Part shown: in pieces, positions 1 to 8,701 of the stretch
How the letters are laid out: each line of letters opens with the position of its first letter
Numbering within the stretch: the stretch's first letter is position 1
Virus record (IMG/VR): IMGVR_UViG_3300021255_000123
Location: 21,435-85,434 of that record
Source: a virus
Lineage: Duplodnaviria > Caudoviricetes
Length of the DNA stretch: 64,000 nt
Strand: one strand, 5' to 3'
Notes under the pieces: generated by a model
Told to the model about the DNA's origin: nothing
The model's database searches: none
The model's input: the letters and a program-made list of their open reading frames with translations, nothing else
Program-made: the position numbers and the translations under genes

Positions 1-149
1 ATCGCGGTGCCACGGTCGCTGTCTTGGATGCCCTCAGGGAGGTTTTCGTACTTGTCGTTCTCTTCCTCCTGCATTTCCTCAATGCCGGATTTGATTTCTT
101 CGAGAGACTCTTTCCATCCGTCGATGGTCTTGCGTTGGTTCTTGTTCAT
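1..149 (-). CDS. Small acidic/coiled-coil phage protein, truncated by the window edge (MNKNQRKTIDGWKESLEEIKSGIEEMQEEENDKYENLPEGIQDSDRG...)
   Basis: ATG at 147-149 on minus, open to position 1. The EE..Y.NLPE..Q...RG pattern resembles a recurrent phage hypothetical family (recalled). Not in the ORF track. Confidence 0.7.
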   Translation of the reverse strand, partial: MNKNQRKTIDGWKESLEEIKSGIEEMQEEENDKYENLPEGIQDSDRGTA

Positions 150-168
150 GTCTGTTGGGTTTTATGGG

Positions 169-426
169 TTAATACGTTTTTCTTTTCCGTCCGGCCAGCT
201 CATGTGCATAGGGGCTTTCGCTCCCAAGCACGATGTCCGTGCCTTTTCCGTTGATGGTGTATGTCATCTTTACCTCGCCGTTGTCCGTGTAGGATGCCTT
301 AATGTCCGTGATGGCTTCCTTCCGACCAGTATAGAGGTTGCTGAACATAGATACATAGCCACGGGCGCGGTGGCGGGCGATATTGAGGTCTTTCTGGACC
401 TTATCAACCATTTCCTGATAAAGCAT
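169..426 (-). CDS. Hypothetical early protein (probable start MLYQEMVDK)
   Basis: ORF 169..474; ATG at 424-426 overlaps the upstream stop and follows AAGGAGG. Confidence 0.7.
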   Translation of the reverse strand: MLYQEMVDKVQKDLNIARHRARGYVSMFSNLYTGRKEAITDIKASYTDNGEVKMTYTINGKGTDIVLGSESPYAHELAGRKRKTY

Positions 427-710
427 TACTCTACCTCCTTTTCTTCGATTTTTACAACGCTGTCGAACTTGCAACAGCGCCAGCCGGATTTTTCGAGGTC
501 GTAGTACGAGGTCTGGTCCGGACGCTCAACCTGCTCGGACTCGGAGTGCTTGAACTGCTTGTCTGCCTCAGGCACATCGTCGAGGTTCAGGGTTCCGACG
601 GCCGCACGGCGACTTCCGTCTTTCTTGATGAATACGAAGTTGGTCTTGCCAGCCTTCAATGCGGTGCGCAGCACTTCGGGCACGTCTTCTCTTTTGATTT
701 TGTCTTCCAT
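426..710 (-). CDS. DUF2693/WYL_2-like SH3 beta-barrel protein
   Basis: Motifs FVFIKKDGSRRAAVGTL and YYDLEKSGWRC match the family pattern as recalled. Confidence 0.65.
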   Translation of the reverse strand: MEDKIKREDVPEVLRTALKAGKTNFVFIKKDGSRRAAVGTLNLDDVPEADKQFKHSESEQVERPDQTSYYDLEKSGWRCCKFDSVVKIEEKEVE

Positions 711-788
711 TGTGTGATGAATTTTATTGGTTAATAGATAACGACATATTGTTTCTTTTATTGTCCACAATTTCCAATTTTTGTCGCT

Positions 789-1049
789 TTAATTTATGGG
801 TTCGAGATAAAGTTTAGCTGATATGCCACGCTGAGAAATGTGTCCGCACACCTTATACGGCTTCCGGTTGAATGTGATATACTGGCATTGATGGGTGCGC
901 CATGTTTCCAGAGTATCACCCTTTGTGCTGCATATCTTGGTCGTCTTCCCGTCCGTAACTTCCAGTTTGCCGTATGGCATCGTATGCCGGTTGCCGAAGT
1001 ACGGGAACACCCAATCGACAATGCGCTTGATTCTGACTTGTGTTTCCAT
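789..1049 (-). CDS. Hypothetical early protein
   Basis: ORF track; tiles with neighbours on the minus strand. Confidence 0.65.
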   Translation of the reverse strand: METQVRIKRIVDWVFPYFGNRHTMPYGKLEVTDGKTTKICSTKGDTLETWRTHQCQYITFNRKPYKVCGHISQRGISAKLYLEPIN

Positions 1050-1055
1050 GGTACG

Positions 1056-1373
1056 TTAGTTTACATAAAATCCACAGGGCGTGTCCTGCGTTACCTCGTC
1101 GTAAGGTAGCGGGGTGCATCGTCTGTAATACTCCTCCACCTCCTCCAACGAGACTGTGCCCTGATACTGTTTTGTGTTCTCGAAAAGCTCCTGCGCTTTC
1201 TCGGTGCATTGGGTGCCATCAATATCCATGTAGCAGAACGTGCCTTGGACCAGTTGGTACTCTTCGTCGTTGAAGTAGCAGAAGCCGTCGATGTGGATAA
1301 CTTTCTTGCCGGTGCTTTTGTCAATCTCGACCTGATACACGTCGCAGTCGAGGTATTGTTTTACGTCTTCCAT
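1056..1373 (-). CDS. Hypothetical acidic early protein (start MEDVKQY)
   Basis: ORF 1056..1439; A-rich leader before ATG at 1371-1373. Confidence 0.7.
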   Translation of the reverse strand: MEDVKQYLDCDVYQVEIDKSTGKKVIHIDGFCYFNDEEYQLVQGTFCYMDIDGTQCTEKAQELFENTKQYQGTVSLEEVEEYYRRCTPLPYDEVTQDTPCGFYVN

Positions 1374-1474
1374 GATGTTTTGGTTTTGAGTTAGACCAAT
1401 GCTTTGCCAAGAGCCTTGACAAGCGAGAATTGCTCCCAATTATTTACTTTGTTTGCCATGATTCTCCTTTCTTG

Positions 1475-1915
1475 TTAGCAGATGCAGTAGCAGTCATCGA
1501 CATTGTTGTAGGTCAGGAAGAAGCCCTGCTTTTCAAGTTCGAGCTGCAACTCGGTGATTTGCATATCGGTCATTTCATCCAACTCCCGATACTCGGCGCT
1601 GCCATTGCAATAGGTCTCGCAATGGGCGTATTTTTTGACTAAATCTGTTTTTACCATGATGATTGATTTTACTGGTTTGATGAATACTTGTTCTGGATTG
1701 TGCTCCAGTTTGTCCCAATCGATATTCTGATAGGGTTCCACCGGCTCAACATGTACGTTGCGGAGGCCGATGCCGCACTCTTCTGATACGAAGTTGGGCT
1801 GAATGGCCAGACCGAGGGCGAAATGGTCTTTCTCCTCTTGTGGCATATCGGCATAGTAACTGTTGTCATCCTGCTCGTATTCTATGCGGACAACTACGTT
1901 GACGACTCGTTTCAT
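1475..1915 (-). CDS. Hypothetical acidic early protein
   Basis: 146-aa ORF; ATGA overlap with the upstream gene. Confidence 0.75.
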   Translation of the reverse strand: MKRVVNVVVRIEYEQDDNSYYADMPQEEKDHFALGLAIQPNFVSEECGIGLRNVHVEPVEPYQNIDWDKLEHNPEQVFIKPVKSIIMVKTDLVKKYAHCETYCNGSAEYRELDEMTDMQITELQLELEKQGFFLTYNNVDDCYCIC

Positions 1916-2271
1916 GCTTGGGCTCCTTTCTTGATTGCGTCGATTTCTGCTTGTAGGGCAACAATCTTAGCCTTCTCCTCGGAAGTGAGGATTTTGACGT
2001 GCTTGTTGACAAGCTCCGTCAGGGCCTCAAAGTCTTCTTTCTTATCGAAGATACCTTTGATGAACTCGTTGTGATAGCTGACGAATGTATCGGCAATGGT
2101 CATAGAGAACTTGACGTTTCCAACCCCAACTTTCACATGAGCGTAGTAGCCAGGATGGTCATCCGGCATGTACTCAGCTTTCAACTCCTCGTTGAGGAAG
2201 GCTTTGCGGATTTCGTCGCGCATAGTTTGGAGAGCCTGCTCGACACGGCTCATTTCCTTTGTGTTTTCCAT
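1912..2271 (-). CDS. Hypothetical early protein with C-terminal coiled coil
   Basis: 119-aa ORF with A-rich leader. Confidence 0.75.
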   Translation of the reverse strand: MENTKEMSRVEQALQTMRDEIRKAFLNEELKAEYMPDDHPGYYAHVKVGVGNVKFSMTIADTFVSYHNEFIKGIFDKKEDFEALTELVNKHVKILTSEEKAKIVALQAEIDAIKKGAQA

Positions 2272-2284
2272 GATAGATTTTTTT

Positions 2285-2485
2285 TTATTTGTTTGTATTG
2301 ATTTTGAAGTACCATCGACTACGTTTGTGTTCTACAATGTAGTTGCTTAGGTACATGTTTGTGAACGTGTTGAAGATGCGGTTGTTATCTGTGATGAAGA
2401 GAGAAAGGGAGTGAAAATACTCGTTGATTAACTCCTGCAATTTCTCTTTTGTTGGCGCCGATGCCAAGATGCCTGTCTTTGTCAT
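2285..2485 (-). CDS. Small hypothetical early protein
   Basis: 66-aa ORF tiling the operon. Confidence 0.65.
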   Translation of the reverse strand: MTKTGILASAPTKEKLQELINEYFHSLSLFITDNNRIFNTFTNMYLSNYIVEHKRSRWYFKINTNK

Positions 2486-2497
2486 AGTGCTGCGGTG

Positions 2498-2695
2498 TTA
2501 ATTACATTGCTTGTCGCCGAATATCCAATCAAGGGCATCAGCGTTGTAGCGGTCGATTACATTCCACTCCACCAGATAGTCGAGGACACGTTCAATCTTT
2601 GCTTGAACAGCATCCTGTTGGCTGAGAGGTTGAGAGAACATGTGGCACAAGTCCTCGACATCGCAAATCGTGGGGTAAGGATTTCCGTCTGCCAT
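2498..2695 (-). CDS. Small acidic hypothetical protein
   Basis: 65-aa ORF preceded by an AACCTTAAA leader. Confidence 0.65.
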   Translation of the reverse strand: MADGNPYPTICDVEDLCHMFSQPLSQQDAVQAKIERVLDYLVEWNVIDRYNADALDWIFGDKQCN

Positions 2696-2721
2696 ATCAG
2701 ATTTTGATTGATATTTAAGGT

Positions 2722-2985
2722 TTAACCAAATATTTCCTCGATGTCGTAGTCAGGAAACTCGGAGTCGTCAGATGTGTCGTTGTCAACCATCCAATCGGCT
2801 CCAGCATCCAAGATGTCATCGTATAGCATCGGGTCTGCCATCCGCAGAGGACAGCGGTCGCGCCCGATAATTGAAAGTGCGTGTTGGTAACGAGGCTCGA
2901 AGTCATCAACATTATCAATGATGTACTGCACCATTTCTTTGGGTGCGTTCTCGGTGTTGAAGTCTGTTGCGGTGAACATGGTCAT
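2722..2985 (-). CDS. Highly acidic small protein (candidate DNA mimic)
   Basis: 87 aa, D/E-rich with tail DNDTSDDSEFPDYDIEEIFG. Confidence 0.7.
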   Translation of the reverse strand: MTMFTATDFNTENAPKEMVQYIIDNVDDFEPRYQHALSIIGRDRCPLRMADPMLYDDILDAGADWMVDNDTSDDSEFPDYDIEEIFG

Positions 2986-2991
2986 TGTGCT

Positions 2992-3510
2992 TTACAGTGA
3001 TATAATCAGGTCTTCTATGTTGAAGAAGTTTGTCTTGTAGTGATAGCGAGAATAGCGGTCAGAGCATCTATTGATAGACACCGTAAACCCGTTCCTCTCA
3101 AAATAATCACCCAAATCCAGCAACTCCTCGTGGCCGTAGAGGTAATTGCATTTCCAGATGTCATCAACGTCTTCGACACAAATCTCTTTTTCGTCTATGA
3201 CGGAATGAGGATAGGTGTCGGCTCGTTTCACCACGAGCAGGTAGTGCTTGCCGTTTCGATAGTAAACTCCATCATCTGCTTTGCCGATGGTGTCTAACCT
3301 CCATCCTTCCGGCATACCGATGCTCAACAGCTTTTCTTTTGTGGGCGCACAAATCGTCCTGTCGTAAGATTTTGCCAGAATGAAATGAACCTCTCTTTTG
3401 CCACCTTTGATTGCGTCGATGACATATTGCTTCCGGTCAAGGAAACTCCGTGTGCTATTGTCGCACAGGCCTTTGATTTCGTTTCTTAGTTGTTCTGCTA
3501 AATTTGCCAT
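2992..3510 (-). CDS. Hypothetical early protein
   Basis: 172-aa ORF tiling the operon. Confidence 0.75.
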   Translation of the reverse strand: MANLAEQLRNEIKGLCDNSTRSFLDRKQYVIDAIKGGKREVHFILAKSYDRTICAPTKEKLLSIGMPEGWRLDTIGKADDGVYYRNGKHYLLVVKRADTYPHSVIDEKEICVEDVDDIWKCNYLYGHEELLDLGDYFERNGFTVSINRCSDRYSRYHYKTNFFNIEDLIISL

Positions 3511-3522
3511 GATATTGTGATT

Positions 3523-3840
3523 TTAACGGTTGTAATTGTCAATGCTGCGGTTGCACTCTTCGTAGAACTCCTTGCAGTTGTCGTAACTGTGAATGAGGTC
3601 GGTGTACCACACGGACAATCCATCCACATAGTTGAGGAGGTCTTGCTTGGTGTACTTTTTGGCCTCCTCACCGAGGAACTCGAACAACTCGAAGATGTCG
3701 AACCATACCACAAAGTGAAACCTCTTGAAGCGAGTCCGTGCATCGTTGATTATCTGGCCATACACTCCAAAGTAGAAGTTGTGGCACATATCGTTGTTGA
3801 CCTCGTGGAGTTTCACTCGTTTTGTTATCTTGATTTCCAT
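3523..3840 (-). CDS. Hypothetical early protein
   Basis: 105-aa ORF. Confidence 0.75.
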   Translation of the reverse strand: MEIKITKRVKLHEVNNDMCHNFYFGVYGQIINDARTRFKRFHFVVWFDIFELFEFLGEEAKKYTKQDLLNYVDGLSVWYTDLIHSYDNCKEFYEECNRSIDNYNR

Positions 3841-3948
3841 AATGATAATTGTTTTGCGGTTGAGTTAAAGGGGCATTGTCGGCTGCCCCTCGGTCAACCT
3901 TAAAATCTATCAATGACACACCTGCCGACACAAGTGTTCACACAACAT

Positions 3949-4206
3949 TTATTCTTCGTTTCTCATTCCACACTTGCGGAATAGTTCGTAGATGATAGGC
4001 TCCATCGCCTTTGGCATCCACCTCGCTGGCCCGTATGTCTCTTCATAGGGAAGCCATGTGTCATCGACATACAACTCAATATCCATGCCTCCGTAATTCT
4101 GAGGCTCACGTCCCACAACAAAGAACCAGCGGACAGAACATTCGTCTCGGTTCACCTCAACAACGATGCGTCCGTCTTTGTATTTTTTGCTTGCCGTGCT
4201 TTTCAT
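3949..4206 (-). CDS. Hypothetical early protein
   Basis: 85-aa ORF; ATGA overlap with the upstream gene. Confidence 0.7.
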   Translation of the reverse strand: MKSTASKKYKDGRIVVEVNRDECSVRWFFVVGREPQNYGGMDIELYVDDTWLPYEETYGPARWMPKAMEPIIYELFRKCGMRNEE

Positions 4207-4817
4207 AGTAGTGCTGCTTTAAGTTCGGTTCTCGGAGTCTTTCTCTCGTAGATGGCCTCGCCATTGGAGAATTGAGCCACCTTGACCAACTCTTCTTCCG
4301 CACATGTCCGGCAAATCTTCTCGCAATCCTCGACGATACTGTCGAGCCACAGTTCGAGTTTTTTTTCCAAACCCTTTCTGTGCATTGTTGCAAGACCCTT
4401 GTTCACGGAATGGTTCCCGTCTTTGTATTTGTCCTCTACGAAAGAGAGTGCAAGAGAGCCGGTGTCTCCTTGTTTGAGCTCGTATCCGTCATAGAAGTTG
4501 TCCGAAAGTTCTATGTTGTAGTCTATGGTGGCGCCTTCATAATATGCAGAGCGGAGCCCAAGCATGACTTTGGCATAATATATTTCGCCACCATACCGCA
4601 TTTCGTAGTTTCGTTCTGTGGCGAAATGAAGTTGGTAGTCCCTTGCATAACTGCGCTCCCATTCATCGGTATCGCTCCATGCCTTGTTTTCGGCCTTTGC
4701 CACTTCCTGTATGTCTTCACGGATGGAATCCAAATCAATGTATTCCTCAGGTTCTCTATTGATGCCTACACAATGGTAGTCTTTTGCGTTCTTTTTTGAA
4801 AAGTTGTGTGTGCTCAT
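4203..4817 (-). CDS. Conserved-type phage hypothetical protein (RSAYYEGA motif)
   Basis: 204-aa ORF with A-rich leader; the RSxYYEGA word recurs in phage hypotheticals (recalled). Confidence 0.75.
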   Translation of the reverse strand: MSTHNFSKKNAKDYHCVGINREPEEYIDLDSIREDIQEVAKAENKAWSDTDEWERSYARDYQLHFATERNYEMRYGGEIYYAKVMLGLRSAYYEGATIDYNIELSDNFYDGYELKQGDTGSLALSFVEDKYKDGNHSVNKGLATMHRKGLEKKLELWLDSIVEDCEKICRTCAEEELVKVAQFSNGEAIYERKTPRTELKAALL

Positions 4818-4913
4818 AATGTGTTACTTTTTGATGGTTAATACTATTTAAGGTTTGAATTGGTGAGTATGGGAACCTCTCGGCTCCCATACCCTGCGGA
4901 GTTTCCGACGCTC

Positions 4914-5372
4914 CTATTTGTTCTCTCCCTCGGCTTCGGGGTTCTCCACCACGGCATACTTGCCTTTTGTGATGCCTTTCACGAGGTCTTCGAGTTTCTG
5001 GCTTGACCACCAATCGTAGTCGTATCCGATTTGCAGGATGATGACACTTCCGATGATGCTGTCGGTGAACGGTGCGCCCTCTTCGCTGTTCTTGCGGTTG
5101 TGGCTGTCAACCCAAGAACAGACCATGTTGATGGCCTCAACGTCGCTCTTGCTCTTCGGCAGGAGGACATAGGCGTGGTTGTCATCGCTGCCAGTGTCGA
5201 AGATACCATACTCGGTGCCCTCGTTGATGACACAGTTGCGCATCCGTCCGAAGATGACGCCTTTGGCAGACTTTTCGTATGTCTGGCACTCGGCCTCGTT
5301 GGTGAACTCGGTCCCGTCGCAAGCGACATAGACGGTGGTGTAGGAAATGTTTTCTCTCTGTTCTTTTTTCAT
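4914..5372 (-). CDS. Hypothetical protein (YVACDGTEFTNEAECQTYE motif)
   Basis: 152-aa ORF; the N-terminal Y.A.DGT.F....EC..YE word is common in Bacteroidota phage hypotheticals. Confidence 0.8.
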   Translation of the reverse strand: MKKEQRENISYTTVYVACDGTEFTNEAECQTYEKSAKGVIFGRMRNCVINEGTEYGIFDTGSDDNHAYVLLPKSKSDVEAINMVCSWVDSHNRKNSEEGAPFTDSIIGSVIILQIGYDYDWWSSQKLEDLVKGITKGKYAVVENPEAEGENK

Positions 5373-5427
5373 TTTGATAGGATTTTAATTGTTTATAACT
5401 GAATTGATTATTCTTGATTGTTCTTGA

Positions 5428-5922
5428 TTAGCTCTGCATTATTCCTGCAAGCAGGACCAGTCCGAGGGCTGCATCCGCTTGTGCAGGAGTCTCAATCATT
5501 CCCACGGTGTCGGCGACCTTCTTCTTGGTGTCGTCATTGAGGGCGTTCCAGCCGGCCTCGAACATATTGGTGAAGCGCTCACACTTCTCGTGTTCCTCCT
5601 TAGCCTTGCCCTCAACGAGGATGTTGCGGAGAGGTGTGCTGAGGTGTTCGGGAAGTTTGGCGCAGGCGTTCTGTCGGCTGAGGTCGTAGTCGAAGCGCTG
5701 CCACGGGCGGTTGAGCCATGAGGACTTGCCCGTAACCGTGTACAGGGTGCGATACTCGGCACCTTCACCGCACGTTACCTCAATCTCGGTGCGCTCGGTG
5801 TGGCTGCCCGTGGTGTAGCAGTAGCGGGTGTACTCGTACACTCTCGCTGAATACTTTTTGTTGTCCGTACCGATGAAATCGTGGTACGTTACATTCTCGT
5901 TGTAAGGTTTTGTAGAAGCCAT
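5428..5922 (-). CDS. Hypothetical early protein
   Basis: 164-aa ORF with AACCTTAAA leader. Confidence 0.8.
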   Translation of the reverse strand: MASTKPYNENVTYHDFIGTDNKKYSARVYEYTRYCYTTGSHTERTEIEVTCGEGAEYRTLYTVTGKSSWLNRPWQRFDYDLSRQNACAKLPEHLSTPLRNILVEGKAKEEHEKCERFTNMFEAGWNALNDDTKKKVADTVGMIETPAQADAALGLVLLAGIMQS

Positions 5923-5961
5923 TTTTCTTTGATTTTTAAGGTTTGTTATCGATTGATTATT

Positions 5962-6219
5962 TCATGTGTCTTCTTCATAATATTCTACAGACGTTGGACT
6001 AATTGTTGCCATAAAGTTCTCATCACGAACAATGGTAACAGCGATTGACTTATAGTTCACGTCTATATAGTGTTCTTCATCATTTTTTCGGATTATGTTT
6101 GCTTTAACGTCCATAAATTCGGACGTTAGTACATCTTCAATATCCTCAAATGGGAAGCTGCGTACAATATCAAGTAATTCGGTGTATGCTTGAATTGCTT
6201 TGTATGGGAGTATTGTCAT
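5962..6219 (-). CDS. Hypothetical acidic protein (AT-rich gene)
   Basis: 85-aa ORF. Confidence 0.7.
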   Translation of the reverse strand: MTILPYKAIQAYTELLDIVRSFPFEDIEDVLTSEFMDVKANIIRKNDEEHYIDVNYKSIAVTIVRDENFMATISPTSVEYYEEDT

Positions 6220-6231
6220 GTCTTGATGTTT

Positions 6232-6471
6232 TTAATTGATTAGTTGAGGACCAGAGGAGAGGCACCACATATTGCAAGCCATGCGTACCTCGCTCGGCTC
6301 GTGTTTACCCCTCAACGCCTCGGTCAGTTTATCCATGAGTTTCTCATAGACGCTCATGCGGAGTTTGTGCTTGCAGCAGTCGATAGGATTGTCCTCTGTT
6401 ACTTCGTTAATATCCACGGACGGCTCACTTTGCAGGTAGCACTCGCGGACGAAATCGTTGAATGTTTCCAT
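6232..6471 (-). CDS. Hypothetical early protein
   Basis: 79-aa ORF. Confidence 0.7.
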   Translation of the reverse strand: METFNDFVRECYLQSEPSVDINEVTEDNPIDCCKHKLRMSVYEKLMDKLTEALRGKHEPSEVRMACNMWCLSSGPQLIN

Positions 6472-6475
6472 GTCG

Positions 6476-6592
6476 TTATCCTCTCTTGGTTATCGTTATC
6501 AGCCCAAGTGCGTTCTTCCTGCGCACATAGTCGCAGGCTTTTTTCTCGTTGTGTGTCATCATGCCGCACACAATTCGGCCTTCGTTGTTCAT
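6476..6592 (-). CDS. Possible 38-aa peptide (MNNEGRIVCGMMTHNEKKACDYVRRKNALGLITITKRG)
   Basis: Manual translation; fills the gap after an AACCTTAAA leader and ends just before the next ATG. Confidence 0.45.
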   Translation of the reverse strand: MNNEGRIVCGMMTHNEKKACDYVRRKNALGLITITKRG

Positions 6593-6737
6593 ACATAATA
6601 TGTGGATTTTCATCGTATTGGTGATTTAAGGTTGATAATCGTAAAGGTCGGTGTAGAGGTCGCATAGTTGACGTATTTCATCGTACACAGGCAGGTCAAG
6701 GTTATTTCCGTACATTCTTCGCCTCCTTCCTATCGTA

Positions 6738-6935
6738 TTAAAATCGTACTAAATTCGCCATACGGCTAATGTATTCGTCGTAGGTATTGCTGCCAGCGAC
6801 ATAACGCTCCCAGAAATTCTTCGCACCACGCTCCGTCTTGTGGTAGACGTACTCGTAGCACCTGGTCTTCCTGTTGTATAAGGTCGTTACGTATTCACCG
6901 TAGCGACCCGCCTGATAATTCTTGTAAGTCTTCAT
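6738..6935 (-). CDS. Small basic/aromatic hypothetical protein
   Basis: 65-aa ORF tiling the operon. Confidence 0.7.
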   Translation of the reverse strand: MKTYKNYQAGRYGEYVTTLYNRKTRCYEYVYHKTERGAKNFWERYVAGSNTYDEYISRMANLVRF

Positions 6936-6943
6936 TGTATTTC

Positions 6944-7306
6944 TTATTCTGCGCCAACAAAGGCGACTTGGTTGTTATACTCGACCGTTACGGCCTCTTG
7001 TTTGTACTCTCTGGCTATTCTTCTGGCGATGTCTACCACCTCGTCAGCATGTGCCACGGATTGTTCGGTCGTGCAGTATGCGTACACGATGGTAACTTGT
7101 TCCGTCACCACTTTCCCGTCGGCACATCGCCATCCACCAAGCGCAGGAGTCGCGGTTGCACCACCGAAGAGGTCTGACAATTCACCAATGACACGCTCGA
7201 CCTCTTTCGTGTTGTCGATGTGTTCATTCACATTCATTGTGCTTGGGACGTAAATTGCCCATCTGCAGTTCAAATCGAATTTGAATTTCAATTCTTTCGT
7301 TTTCAT
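6944..7306 (-). CDS. DUF3574-like (ferredoxin/P-II-like fold) protein, start MKTKELK
   Basis: LFGGATATPALGGWR..DG....E...and YKQEAV resemble DUF3574 motifs; ATG overlaps the upstream TGA. Confidence 0.5.
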   Translation of the reverse strand: MKTKELKFKFDLNCRWAIYVPSTMNVNEHIDNTKEVERVIGELSDLFGGATATPALGGWRCADGKVVTEQVTIVYAYCTTEQSVAHADEVVDIARRIAREYKQEAVTVEYNNQVAFVGAE

Positions 7307-7530
7307 TGTTCGCCTCCTTTCCATTCTAATCCTAAAAAGATTGTTATCCACAAAAACATTGAGACAAGGTAAGCCACCCCCCAAAAGGTCGGGGTGTCTT
7401 GTTGGAACATTAATGTTATTTGTTTGTTTATTGTCTGGAATACAACTGGCGCAATGGCGGCCACTGCAAACAGTATCATGGTGAACATCACCCACCATTC
7501 TGAGCCCAAAAATCTCTTAATTGCTTTCAT
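7303..7530 (-). CDS. Small two-TM membrane protein (start MKAIKRF)
   Basis: Two hydrophobic stretches; A-rich leader. Confidence 0.65.
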   Translation of the reverse strand: MKAIKRFLGSEWWVMFTMILFAVAAIAPVVFQTINKQITLMFQQDTPTFWGVAYLVSMFLWITIFLGLEWKGGEQ

Positions 7531-7651
7531 TGTTAAAAATATTAAATTGTTTGTAAATTCCACAAAATTGTCTATCACGTGCGTACACCTGCACGTTAAA
7601 TAAAACTACTCGTGCACCCGCGTCCCGTCGCGTGCGCAGTTATACTACAAG

Positions 7652-7930
7652 TATTATTCTCATTCGTGGGTGCGGGAGTTATTCGGGGCACACTATTCGC
7701 CCAGACTATTCATCGACAATTCGGACATAGTACGGACTATTCGGGTTATTCGTTTATACTTCGTACTTTCGTACATAGCAACCACGACGCAATTTCTCGC
7801 ACCGTGGCCATATTATTCTCGCACACTATTCGCTCACAACTCACACCCGTACCTAGTACCGGCAAATTCTTTTTTATCCCATGTATTGCGGCTATTCTTC
7901 ACCCTCATTTTTACACTATTCGTGCGACAA
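7652..7930. repeat. Cluster of about 12 dispersed WATTCG/TTCG repeats in non-coding DNA
   Basis: ATTCG at 7662, 7681, 7695, 7719, 7739, 7748, 7828, 7918. GCACACTATTCGC occurs at 7688 and 7821; TATTATTCTC at 7652 and 7811. Confidence 0.7.
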
Positions 7931-8091
7931 TTCACACGTTCTTTGTACACATGAATGTCGTTTAACTTGTCCGGCAATTCTTTATTATACCCAAGTTTCA
8001 CGGCATAGTTCATTGCCTCGCTACGGGTGCAAAATGTGGACACAATGCACCCGTATTTGTACACATGATATTCTCCCATTGTTCGTTGAGT

Positions 8092-8541
8092 TTATTTGTT
8101 GTATTTGCTTGCTTTTTTGCCTACAAGGTTGAAAAGTTTATCCGTGTTGTAATGCGAATTGTTGCAGCAACGCAACAGTTCTTCTGAGGTGCAGCAGTCA
8201 ATAGTAAGTTTCATCTGGTCGATTGTGAAGGGATATTTCTTTTTCAACATGATATTGCGTAATGTGCTTTTTGCCTTATTTTTCAATTCCAATTCACTCA
8301 ATTTACAGTGCTCAATCATGGTTATTCCACATGATTTTGTGCCCCAATTGTTACTGTTTGCATTTGCAATTGCACGGACATTCAACCACAATTGAATGTT
8401 TAGTTTCCGAAGCAATTGCATTGCGTGGTGGTACTTGTTTTTTAGTAACATACATTTTGCAATGTCATTGTTTGCAATTGCGTTGTTTGCAATATTTACA
8501 ACAATTTCGTTTGCTTTTTCGTTTTTAACAATGTGTTTCAT
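8092..8541 (-). CDS. Hypothetical N/K/C-rich protein, probably the first gene of the early operon
   Basis: 149-aa ORF with the same AACCTTAAA leader 13 nt upstream as gene 5428..5922; atypical composition. Confidence 0.55.
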   Translation of the reverse strand: MKHIVKNEKANEIVVNIANNAIANNDIAKCMLLKNKYHHAMQLLRKLNIQLWLNVRAIANANSNNWGTKSCGITMIEHCKLSELELKNKAKSTLRNIMLKKKYPFTIDQMKLTIDCCTSEELLRCCNNSHYNTDKLFNLVGKKASKYNK

Positions 8542-8607
8542 AATGTTATAAATTTTAAGGTTATTAATAAATTAGTGCCGTTGTGTTATCGAAAACTATT
8601 TGCGTAA

Positions 8608-8623
8608 TGTTTCACGTGAAACA
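8608..8623. promoter_or_regulatory. parS: parS site (TGTTTCACGTGAAACA), copy 1
   Basis: Exact match to the conserved bacterial parS consensus, inside a perfect 24-bp palindrome at 8604-8627. Confidence 0.85.
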
Positions 8624-8685
8624 TTACCAAACAACGGCAATATAGAGTTACTAATTTGCGTTATTCGTTTCTGTCAACGCAACAA

Positions 8686-8701
8686 TGTTTCACGTGAAAC
8701 A
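8686..8701. promoter_or_regulatory. parS: parS site (TGTTTCACGTGAAACA), copy 2
   Basis: Exact match, inside a perfect 24-bp palindrome at 8682-8705; 78 bp from copy 1. Confidence 0.85.
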
